64,000 bases of DNA, from the NCBI GenBank assembly GCA_000165425.1, contig CT868050.1, forward strand, positions 62,001-126,000. Direction: 5' to 3'. Source of the DNA: Paramecium tetraurelia (lineage: Eukaryota). Position numbers and translations under genes: made by a program. The notes beneath the pieces are model-generated. The model saw only the letters and a program-made list of their open reading frames with translations, was not told the DNA's origin and did no database searches. This document shows, piece after piece, positions 1 through 11,805 of this stretch. Every line of letters starts with the position of its first letter. The first letter of the stretch is position 1.

Positions 1-35
1 TTTTTAAAAAAAAGATATAAAAATTTAATACTTTA

Positions 36-533
36 ATGATCAGATTAGAATAGAAAATAGAAACTAAAGCTTTATTGCCTCGTCTCAAATAAAAATCCAT
101 CAATGACAATACCATGTATACAATTTAGTTACTACGCAAAACCATACATCAAATGACAAACAAATATTCGGAACCTCAGCCCAGATAAATGGCATCCAAA
201 ATGTTACCTGCTCAAAAAGTGAAGAGATTAAATTATTCCTACACTAAAGAGTACTCTCAAAACCACCAAAGTTAATCAATTGAACAATATCAAAGAGCAT
301 CCACATAAACTATCACCAACTTCAACATTGATTATAAAAAGAGTTCGCCAGATAACTTCAAGATGAAAGTAACAAAATCTCCCAACCTGCCCATTAATTC
401 AATCCAAATTTTTTAGCAATTTAGAAATAGGTTTTAAACCATGGACATAAATGACAGGTTCAAAAACCTAAAAAATAGAGCATTATCCCAGAAATACGGA
501 AAAAGAACCAGATCTGTTTCTCAATAAAAATGA
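36..533 (+). CDS. Hypothetical protein (165 aa, ciliate code)
   Basis: ATG at 36 reads to TGA 531-533 with TAA/TAG=Gln (MIRLEQKIETKALLPRLK...KRTRSVSQQK*). No recognisable domain. Confidence 0.7.
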
Positions 534-1015
534 ATACGTAATAATTACTATTAAATTTTGAAATAAAGATTTTTCAAAGGAATCTTCCTTCTTTCAAGAA
601 TATTCATTTTAATTCTTGTTTATTTGACTAAGCCTAATATTATTATACCAAATTATCTATATTATTAGGCCATTTTGATTCTAATTCTAATTTTTCTCTC
701 AAAAATAAATTATATAATTATGCAAATTAAATATGTTACAAATAAATGATTTAAAAACAAAGGATTTACATTCGCGATATGAATAGTAAGTGTAGCATCA
801 CTCAATTATTAATAATTTAAAACAAACTTTAATTTGATATATTATAATTCTATAGTCATTTATTTAAGAAAAGATATAGTCATCCAAACGATGAATGATA
901 CAATATTATTTGTTGTTTTATGTTTAGCTAAGATTTGATGTCTGTAAAGGCATAGATATTTTAAGATTTCAAATTCAATTATAAATTATTACATATGTAT
1001 TTATATTAAATAATT

Positions 1016-1770
1016 ATGGGAAATAATCTTTGCTATTAAACTGGAGAGAGATCTTCATTGTTTCCTTAATTGCTATTAAAATATGAAATGGGAAATTGTG
1101 AAATCGTGTTAACTGCAGGGCCTGTTGAAAATGAAGATGTGGAATGTTTAGTGATACCAACTGATTCTGGATACACCAATATCAAGCAAAGCGAAAGACC
1201 TAGTTTTAAATAAATAAACGAGAAATGTGTCTTTTTGCCTGGTAATAAAAGTATTGAATTCATAAATGCTTAAAAAAGAACGAAAAAGTTAGATTTTGGC
1301 TATTGTCATAGACAAGAATTTCTCAATTAAAAATGATGATGGAGAAGATGAAAAGTAGACAATCTACGCAACAGTTTAAGAGGCCCTCAGATTGGTAAAA
1401 TCATCAAATCTATCCTAAGGCCGAATAAAAGCTAATGAAATCTATTGGGTTCCCAGTATTTGAATCTAAAGATCATACTACTTCAGCTACCATCATGTTA
1501 ATGGCTATTAAACTCAGTTTAACAGAGCAAAAAATAAATTCCCTTAAAAGAATAGCAATCACACTTGATGTATCCAATTTTGCATAATCATACAAGCATA
1601 TTGAACAAGTGAGCAGCTTTAAATGGGTATTTCAACAAGTGTTCAAAGGAAGCGAACAATTGAAGCATTCTAGAACCTATTCAAGTTCAATAAATACGCA
1701 AATAGATTCGATCTCTATAGACAACATAAAGTCTAAAGTTAAAAGCAATACAAAGGATGAAACTCCTTGA
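1016..1770 (+). CDS. Divergent macrodomain-like protein with N-terminal MGNNLC
   Basis: Three short GTA..AG introns (first at 1251-1278) join IVLTAGPVENEDVECLVIPTD...TVQEALRLAEQKLMKSIGFPVFES...ATIMLMAIK...SLKRIAITLD. This resembles the macro-fold beta strands and the 'AL.LA.....SIAFP' motif. TGA at 1768-1770. Confidence 0.6.
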
Positions 1771-2661
1771 ATTAACCAAATTCATAAGTAACAAATTGAT
1801 TTATATTGTTTAATAATAAATTATCAAATTTAATGTTCCTCTTTCTTCCATTTACAAGAAAAATGTGAGTACTTCATATACAATTTACAATATTACCAAG
1901 GTCATAAAATAAAATCACCGAAATATTTAACAATAATATTATATCATATTTTATTTTATATGATTGCGGATATGCTAAAATCTAGTTTCTATTAACGTAA
2001 TTGTTAATTGAAGAATACAAATACTTCGTATCAAAAACTTATGCTACTTTGCCAGAGGAGTATCTTATTTAGACTTTTCATCAATCTTTATCAAGAACCA
2101 CCATCAAGATTTCTTTTTTGCTATTATTGGAACTGCATGATTAAAATAATTTGAATTTATCTTTCTGACCTAAATAGAATTATCTTTAAGTACAAATAAT
2201 AATGCAAATTTAGATCTCTTTTTAATTTCATTAAGCCTATAACGAACATAATCATTGAAACTTAGTTTAATTAAGTGTTTTACTTTTGAATTTTAAAAAT
2301 TATAAGAGATGCGCAAAGGTTTTATGAGAAAATACTATCGTATTGGTTTTAAAAATTAAATACTAATTTATTTATAAATCAAAAACCTATAAGTCTTTCG
2401 ATCTGCTATTTATAATTATTATAAAATAAAGCTAATTACTAGAAATTGTTTCAATATTGTTTAATTAATGTCCTTATATTTCAGTTTTTTAATTATAGTA
2501 TTTGACTGTATAAATTAATAATGATATGAATTTGTAATATTTCACTTTATTATCTAAAGATCCACGAACATTACACAATATTTTATATAAATAATGTATT
2601 TTCTTTATATTTGGAAATTGATATAATCCAATAATAAATTTATAAAAAATATATCATCATT

Positions 2662-5600
2662 ATGTTCCTAGAAATATTGCTTTTCTTTGTTATACTAAAA
2701 AATTCTTAAACTTAAACCTGCGAAGAAAAAGCAATAGACAAAAATAATTTCTTCATTTCAAGCTTTACGGATGCTTTTCTTATTGAAACAGATGAGGCAG
2801 ATTTTTCAAAAATTAACGGTATTGGATATGATGTTTTAATATTTGAATATTCATAACATTATGAATTGGAAGGAATTTTAATATCTGCTAAGTTATTGGA
2901 ATCCTTTTAAAATAAATCTGAATTACAAATTTGCAATCTCATTAATAAGGAGATTTCATATTTTATATAATGTATAATTGGATTAACCTTTATTTAAGAA
3001 GAGATAGATCTTAATTACTCAAATAAAACTGAAATCATTACTTTACCTAATGAAATATGTTAATCAATATTTTATGACCAAGAACAAATTTTTACAATAT
3101 TTTGTTACTCAGAAGAGAACTTTTAGTTAATATCTGTAAATTTAGATAATTAGGCTTAATTTTATTAGTTGTACAATTATCCTTAAGACTCTGAACTTAA
3201 GCTTTGCACTCCGATATCCATTTAATTTCAGCCCTTTCATTATTTAATAGGTTATCTTAATTGTTCTGACTGGAGAATTTTTCGAGCCTTAGATAACAAC
3301 ATTACCCTTATTTTAGATTAAGGGATTTTAAATGGATATTAGAATGATGTTACTCTAACAAATTTAGTGAATTTACAAATATGCTAGAAGAATAACATGT
3401 AAAGGTATTTGGTTTATGCATTATTTGACACAGGGTACGTTAAATTTGAAGATATTAAGGTTTCAGTATTTCTATTAAAAACTTAAGAACATAAAATCAC
3501 TTAATTGATATTTGATCGATTATGTAATGTTGCTATGTTTGTCGGGTAGGAAGAATCACTTATTCCTTTCTAATATTATTCATAATACTCCACTATAACA
3601 TTTAGTAAATCCATACCTCCTCCTGTGGTACATGCCCATGAATAATTTAAAATATTATAGCTTGAAAAAACCTTATAGGTGTTCATAAATTAGAAATTCA
3701 TTTAATATTATGATATTTCAGGTTTACTTTTATTTGATAGAACCTTTAATTATTTTTTTGCAATCCACCCAAGTTTAAATCAAATAAAACTTTATAAAAT
3801 TAAACATCTATCCAGATATCTTTTACCATAACGTTAATATATTTATGATTTTAATTTGAGAAATTTTAATTGTTGTGATAAGAAAGCTATCAAATGCACT
3901 AAGATTATAAAATAAGATCCATCGACTCTATTATAAGAATATGATTTTGGGGTAAATGAGCAATACCTTATTTCACAGAAATAACAATCGGAAATTAAAA
4001 TTTTCATTGATTACTTAGAATTCATGGATGGAATACCATTATTTTTTGAGGTGCCTCCTGAATACAAACATTTATTAAGTATTGATGAAATGAAAATCAA
4101 ATTTTCATCAATATGTCAATAACAATCAACAATATAGGATTCAAATATCCTTTTTTTTGATGCTTCAATTAAAATATTTATATTTTAAGATTAGAAAAAT
4201 ATTTACTTCTATAATTGTACTTAATAAAGATTATTTCGTCATGAATAGATTCAAAACAAATCTGTATTTACTACTAAAAATTATGTTATTATTATAGATG
4301 GAATGTTAAATCTAATAAATATTATCGTCATGTAATAGCAATCTATAAAAAAGCACCTTATAAAAATTGATTCTGAAATAATAAATGCTAAGTTAATCTT
4401 AAATTATATATTCATAACTTTGAAAGATAAGGAACCCTTAATTATTGAAATTTAATCAGATGACAAAATTTTGTACAATTCTGTAAGTAGTAATAAAGAT
4501 GATATATTGTTTTATTTTAAAGATTATAATTCAAGTCAGATATATTAAGTTAAGGACTACCTTTTAATTCAAAAAAATAACTATATTTTAAAAATTAAGT
4601 TTCTTGACTGGAAAATACTTGGATTCAATTCAAATTTAAACCTTTTTGTATTACATGAAATAGATTTGATTTAACTCTAAAAATTTGCACAATAAATTAG
4701 AATGAGGTAATATTTTTATAAAATCTTGATCTATTTGATTTTTCCATTTATTAACCTTTAACGTACTCTTTTTGTCATTCTAGTTTATTGATAGTGGCTC
4801 AAAGATAAAATAAATTATATATTTTAATATATTCCCCAAAAAACTCTTTTTAAAAACTAAGAATCATTATCCCAATAAGTAAACCCAACTATTATTATAG
4901 GGATGAATATATTTATTTTTATGATGAGAATAATATGCTAGTCTAAATGAGTACATAATAAAGAATAATTACTTATCATTTTCTAAATTTTAATAAAATA
5001 TTCGAAATTGCTAGGGTTCATTTAAATCTTTTATCCCAAATAGATTTCAAACAATACAATACGTATAATTTGACTCTGAAAATTTTAAATAAAAATTTTG
5101 AAATAATTCCTAAATTCGACCTATCAACTCAAACAATTACAAACATTTAACATTAAATTCAAATATTTAATCATTTTTTAGGACCAATAAATAAACTTTA
5201 TTTAAATGATGATTGCCCTTTTAATTTAAGCGGACCATTGCTAATAAGAAAAAATATTATGACATGCAATCAAAGTGTCTCTTCAGATTGCCTTTTTAAA
5301 TGGAAGAGTAATAATCATTCACAGATTTCACTTTTTTGTTTATTTTTTAAAAAAGTCGAGGAGAATAATTCAACCAATAATACAAATTTTATTCTTCTCT
5401 CCTCCTCTATGTGTAATTGGTATTAATTAAGAAATGGAGATATATTTTATATTCCGAGGCTAGAATAATTAACTGGTGAAGTACCCATGTATACGTATGA
5501 TATTATGTCTGGTTCATATGTTTAGTATAAAACATTTAATATTTAATAACGTTGTACGATTTAAATTCGAAAAATTGGTGATTTAATGTATTGCTAAGAA

Positions 5601-6509
5601 AGCTCTTAATTTTATTTATTATACGTTAATAGAAACTTTATCAAATAGATTTATGAGACTTAAAATTATTTTGATATGATTTATATAGAGAATTCAGATG
5701 AAGAATATATAATATTGACTTAGAATAATTACATTGACATTACACATTATAATTTTTCTTAAGGTAATGTGGTTCAAATGCAAACCTACAATATAGAAAA
5801 AATAAAACTATTATTGATAGATCAAAATGAAAATAACTTTTTGATAAATCCAATGTTAGCATAAACACTTTAATTTAATCTTGTTGATGCTTTGAAAGTT
5901 AAATTCGAAATACGATTAAATGGCATCTTAGATTTTGAAAATATAAAATTTTATGTAACTGTTACTATTAATACATTGAATTAAAGTTTTGAAACAAAGA
6001 TAATAAGAACTTTTAGAAGTTTAGATTCTATAGAGAAGATAATATTTATTGACGAACGATTTGCTATATTTTAAGGTTAAGCTCAATTTCAATGTTATAT
6101 TTATGATTTAAGATAGGATTAAGAATTTTATGATCCGATAGTTAAAATGAATATGTAGCCTGCAATGATAATAAAAAGCTATAATAGTACACATTATATT
6201 TTCTTTGATTGTTTAAAGAATGAAGCATTTTTAATAGAAATTGGATATGAGATTAGTTTTTTTGAGAAAGAGAAACCTAAAAATTGTAAGTTAATAGCTG
6301 AAAATGAGATATCAAAGGCTGAAATTTAATTAATCATTTAATAAGAAGAGATTAATGACAACATTAATTACAAAAGTATTATAATAGTATCAATTATTAT
6401 ATGCATATTAATTGTTTTAATCATTTTTATATTAAGGAGATAATAATTAAAGAATCATAATCTAAAACAATTCTAGCAAATATCAATAGATGAATCAAAA
6501 CTATAATGA
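2662..6509 (+). CDS. Large type-I membrane (surface) protein of unknown function, one frameshift near 4680
   Basis: Signal peptide MFLEILLFFVILKNS; single C-terminal TM IIIVSIIICILIVLIIFIL followed by RRQQ; TGA at 6507-6509. The reading frame changes near 4680. Confidence 0.75.
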
Positions 6510-6582
6510 TTTTATATTAAAATTAAATAAATTTATTTAAATATTTAATAAGTTTTGTTTAAAGATTTTGGCGTGCCTATAG

Positions 6583-6732
6583 NNNNNNNNNNNNNNNNNN
6601 NNNNNNNNNNNNNNNNNNNNNNNNNNNNNNNNNNNNNNNNNNNNNNNNNNNNNNNNNNNNNNNNNNNNNNNNNNNNNNNNNNNNNNNNNNNNNNNNNNNN
6701 NNNNNNNNNNNNNNNNNNNNNNNNNNNNNNNN
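6583..6732. other. Assembly gap (150 N)
   Basis: Run of N. Confidence 1.
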
Positions 6733-8952
6733 TATCATAAGATATTTGCTATTGTTCTTGGTCGTTAAAATATTTAAAAGACCTTAACTAACTGAGTACT
6801 TGAGAGGTTAAATTACTTTGTATCCATGAAGTGAGTAAATATTCATTAATTTTAGATTTGAAAAGTATAAGCAATATTGTAATACTTAATCATTGGAATC
6901 CTTTATTGCTATGATTTTTAGTTGAAGTACTTCCATGCTAACAAACACAATCTGAACATTTTTAAGATAAAATTTATGGTAAATATTATTAAATTTAACA
7001 ATTATGAAATCTTTATATTAAATAAAGAAAAGATTCTAATTCTGATTAAAATAAATAGCCTATTAATTAAAGAATAGTTTTTCATCAAACTATTTTGAAA
7101 AAGGGTTTTAAAAAAAAGAAATTTACAGTAGAATGGGAAGAGATTAATTAGTCTAATTTCTTTGAAAAAAAATCAAAATTTTATCGTCTTTTTAAATGAA
7201 ATAGTCAATTTAATCTTTGAGATTAAATTTTCTATATCCGAAAGATGAATTCAATTGCAAACCATAGATCTCAAGTTATTGTAATTGCTAGTTTATTGTT
7301 ACAATAGTATTTCTGAACTGATGTACTAATTTATTACTTAAATCAACTTAAAAGCTCTCCTAATTTAATCCACAAATTTCAAAAAATATAGTATTATTCT
7401 ACATATAAACAATATTTTCATACTCATTACTATTTGAATAAAACGTAATTGTAATATCCTTTTTTTTGTAATAAAGATTTGTACAATTACCTAAAAATAA
7501 ATTATTTGTTTTGGTATGGCAAGTAAATGAGTTTTAATTGGAAAAAATATTATCTATTTTAAAAGGCAATCTTAATTAAAAATTATTTTTTATTAACATA
7601 TTAACTCCAATATTATCACATCCAATTTGTAAATCAATTTAATTATTGGTTGAGGTTGAATAAGTCAATAAATTATTTTCGACCTTTATTTAAAAACATT
7701 CTATTTGGCTTCCATCACAACATTGATAAAAATAAGGTAAAATTTAGAAAATAAATTATTTTTTTGGATTTTTGATCCAATTCTTTTGTGAGAAGTAATA
7801 AATAGTCAAAACCCCTAAAGTTTAGTCAAATTAATAAAAATAATTTTTATTAGGCGGAAAATAAATTAATTCAGAGTTGATTTAATACCTTTCTTTTTCA
7901 AAACAATTGAAATGCACTTCTAAGTAATTTTATTCTAGAAAAAATAAATATTAATTAAATTATTCAATTCTCAAAGAAGTTGATGTAGATAAATTCAAAT
8001 TAACTAATTTCAACTCTTCAGAGGTTTGCTAAAATAGTTATAATTGACCATTCTATATAGAGCTAACTATAAATTTAATATTGCAAATCTTATCAAATAT
8101 CAGTTTTTTAATCCTCCCTTTCACTAAATCAAATTAATTACCTAAGTAAAATTGATTTAATTAAAATTATAAACTTATGTATTAAGTACCATCATATATG
8201 TATAAATTTGGAAAACAAATATCAAAATTTTCTAGTTCATTTTCCAAATGAAAATTAAAGTTTTTTAAGGAATTTTCATAATTTATAATTCCTAATTCTT
8301 TGCCCTTTTTTAATACTTAAATACTCCAATTTTTACATTAATATATAATATTTAAATAAAACTCGAATGAAAATTGCTCCATTGATCTTTTACAATGATT
8401 TTGAAAAGGTAATTGTAAAATCTAAATATTTGAAAAAAGATGGGTAATTCGATCTATTTAATGTAAAATAATGTGGGAGTTTGTAAAGCAATATACAACC
8501 ATAATATTATTATTTTCTTTATAAATCTATTTGCATTATTCATTTTCTTGTATTGGCAAAATAAATTAGATTTTAGTAGAGGAGGAATTATTGGATGAAT
8601 TACGATTTGATAAATCAAGATCGGAAATACATTGAATAAAATAGAATCCATCATAATGTAGATTACAAATTTCCTTTAAGTATATATCATCATACTTATC
8701 TGTTAAAATAGATGACAATAATGATCCTTTAAATTCATATTGTTTTTGTAATTCTACAGTAATTGAGGCTTAATCATAATTTTACCTAAAACTATAATAT
8801 CTGTCATCTGATTCAATTAAAATTGCATCTTTCTATTTAGCTATGAACGACTCCCCAGGCAACAAGTGGACTTAGGTACAATTTAATAAAATTTCATTCT
8901 CTATTCCAATTTTCAACAATAAGAAATAAAAGAAAAAAGAATTTAAATTCAT
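6733..8952 (-). CDS. Paralog of the 2662-6509 surface protein, 3' part lost in the gap
   Basis: Starts MNLNSFFFYFLLLKIG. Shared blocks: DAILIESD/DAFLIETD, EICNLHYDGFYFIQCI/QICNLINKEISYFIQCI, IQPLKYS/YQPLTYS. Runs into the N gap. Confidence 0.75.
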
Positions 8953-9435
8953 TTTTTCTCTAGTGATAATAATTTGGGTATAATATTATTAATAAAATAA
9001 CTTGTTTTCATTTATTTATTTTACAACATTTTATACTTTTTATATCTATATATATTGGTTTTTTAGTAACTAAATGCTTATCTAAAATTGAAAAATATGA
9101 ATTAATTTAATTAATATTGTTTTATAAGTTCTTATCTTTACAAAATATAAAGAATATTTCTAATGAAGAAAATTTTAATCCAAACTCTTAATGCTTCTAC
9201 AAATTTTAAGGTCTTCTTTAAATTAAGAAAGAATCACTAGAAAACATCATGGAGATAAAGAAGTCCTTCATTAAAAGTGGAAAATAGCATTAATACATTT
9301 AGTATTCTAGATGAGTCCACAAAATTAAAAATAAATTATTGGTTCAAATATATTGATAAAATTAATTTTATGAGAAGTATTATCTAGCAAATTATTTTGT
9401 TTGTTCATTATATAATTAAATAAAATAATATAGTA

Positions 9436-11782
9436 ATGCAAGAGCTTCTCGATTAATTCATAGAACTATTAAAATAGACAGATGAAGCCATAAAGAATAA
9501 AATTAGAGCACTAACAAATAATAATGTTGATTTTCAGGTTCCAAATAATAAGTGGGATGAAGCTTCAGTCAAATTATTAAAATTGCTAATTTAGACCTAT
9601 TGTATAGATCAATAGATTAGTCATCATTAAGTTCCAGATGATATTTGGAGCTTAATATCCTAACTTGTGAAGAAATCTACCATAGATTGCAAATTGTAAT
9701 TTGGGACTAGGAAAAAAATAAGATTACTTCAATAATAGTGGTCAAAAAAGGAGGATGAAGCATTAAAAGAAATCTGTTTTTCGTACTAAGCATAGAATAA
9801 ACCATATAAGTGGAGTGAAATTGCAAAAGAATTAGCTTAAAAATTAAATCAATAGAATGTTAAATTGACCAAATTTGTAAGAGATCGATGGCTAAACAAG
9901 TTAAATCCTAACATTTAAAAAGGTCCTTGGGAAAAGAATGAAGAATATGAATTATGCAAATAGGTGTTGAAACATGGAAAAAATTGGATGAGTATTGCAT
10001 TAGAGATGAAAAATTAAAGAACAGAAAGCTCGATAAAGAATAGATATTTTAATATATTGAAAAAGCTGGAGAAATAGGAAGTTCCAATATTAAGTAAAGC
10101 AGACATAGAAAAAGAGCTGGAAAAATTATATTCAAATTAAATTGAAAAATTGGATTAATTTGGATAATAAGAAATTAGTTTTATTTTATATTCATTAAGG
10201 AATCTGGAACCAAAAATAACAAAAGCCAAGTAGGAATTTGAGGCAGATAAGAATGTATAAAAGAAAAGCAATGTGAGTACTTAAAATAATGGATCAAAAA
10301 AATTATTAAAAGCAGCAGAAAAAGACTAAAAATTGCATGCAAACAACATAGTTAAGAAAGTTCTTTAATAATACAATTAAGATGAAAATCTTGATTACAA
10401 TAAAATGAAAGAGCATTATTAAGATGTAGTAGCTTAAAAAGGGGACACTTTAGAATTGGATGAAGAACCCATAAGCGATTCTGATAACCTATCAGAAGTG
10501 TAATTTGCAGTAATGGGAAAGGATTCATAAAATTTACATCTCATTCCTAAATCATAGCTAAAAGCTGTCATGGAATTGATGAAACAAAAAAAAGAATAAA
10601 AAAAAGAAGTGTAACAATCACTAAGTAAAATTTAATCTCTTCCACCACCTCTTCCAAAGTTAGAATAAAAACTATAATAGTCTCAGTAATAATCATCTTA
10701 ACAATAATAGTAGAATCAATAATAGGTTTCTTAATAAATTTCACAATCTCCTTAACAATAAATTCCAGTTTAAATGCCTATGGTTTAGTCAATTATGCAA
10801 CCAGTTGCTATGCAGGCTCCAGTGATACCAATACAATAATAACTTTAAGGGTAGTAATAGTAACCTTAACAATAATAGTAATCTTTACAACAACAATAAT
10901 AATAATAGCAATAATAATAACAATAACAACAATTATAATTATAATAGTAACAATAATAATACTATTAACTTGTCTATCCTTCAAATTTTATGTATCCATA
11001 AGTTTAGATGGCTTAGGTAGCTTAAATACCAATAATGCCAGGCTAAATGATGGGATAAATTCCAGGTTAAATGATTGGATAAATGCCTGGGCAAATGGTT
11101 AGTTAAATTCAAGGACAGATTCCAGGATAGATGGTTGGTTAGCTTCCAAGTTAGATGATAGGTCAAATTCCAGGATAAATGGGTTAAATGGTTGGCTAAA
11201 TTCCGAATCCGATGGTAGGGTAGATTCAAAATTAGATGGTTGGCTAAATTCCAACTTAGATGGTTTCTGCCATTCCTGGATAGATGCCCTAAATTATTTC
11301 TCAACTCTAGCCCTAAATGATGTAGCAAGTCTAAGGTTAACTTCCATAAATGGTTTAGCCTGGGTAAATGGCCACAATGTAAAATGGATAAATGTAGATG
11401 CCTCAAATGGCACAAATTCCTTAACTTGCCTAAATGCCCTTATAGTCCCTTCCTTTGACTGCAACACAACCTGTAGGGATGCCGCAACAATTTATTCCAA
11501 TATTGTATTGAATATATTAAGTCAATTAGATATGCCCCTTAACCAGTATATTAATAACAATAACAAGCTTAAGGATAATCGAATCAATAATAAAAGACCA
11601 ATTAATAGTAATAATAAGTTCCGATTATGAATTATTAAATTCCAATGATGCCTCAATACTAGGATCAGTTTTTCTAGTTAATGAATATGAACTAACCAAA
11701 TTAGTAAAAGCAGCCTAAGTATTCATAAGTAAAATAGGAGACAGAAGAGCATTAATAACAACAATAATAAAATCGTAAATGA
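9436..11782 (+). CDS. Myb-family transcription factor (R2R3, possible degenerate R1) with Q-rich C-terminus
   Basis: WSKKEDEALK...KWSEIAKEL...VRDRWLNKLNPNIQKGPWEKNEEYELCKQVLKHGKNWMSIA...RTESSIKNRY. 25-nt intron at 11505-11529; TGA at 11780-11782. An in-frame upstream ATG exists at 9163. Confidence 0.92.
10845..10965 (+). repeat. Poly-Gln tract encoded by mixed TAA/TAG/CAA codons
   Basis: caacaataataataatagcaataataataacaataacaacaa in frame within the Myb gene. Confidence 0.9.
11030..11300 (+). repeat. Imperfect coding tandem repeat (GQMx/GQIP, 12/24-nt period)
   Basis: MPGQMMGQIPGQMIGQMPGQMVSQIQGQIPGQMVGQLPSQMIGQIPGQMGQMVGQIP... Confidence 0.9.
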
Positions 11783-11805
11783 ATAAAATTAATAATTTAT
11801 TTAAT

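Noticed and set aside
1972..2154. ~60-codon ATG-TGA frame in the intergenic region
   Set aside because: No motif or compositional support.
6555..6740. ORF spanning the N run
   Set aside because: Artefact of the assembly gap.
9163..9435. 91-codon in-frame extension upstream of the Myb ATG
   Set aside because: With only TGA as stop, open stretches this long arise by chance, and the A/T tract before 9436 looks like a normal start context. Not fully excluded.
10981..11415. 144-aa His/Leu/Trp/Asn repeat ORF on the minus strand
   Set aside because: Antisense shadow of the GQIP/GQMV repeat in the Myb gene.
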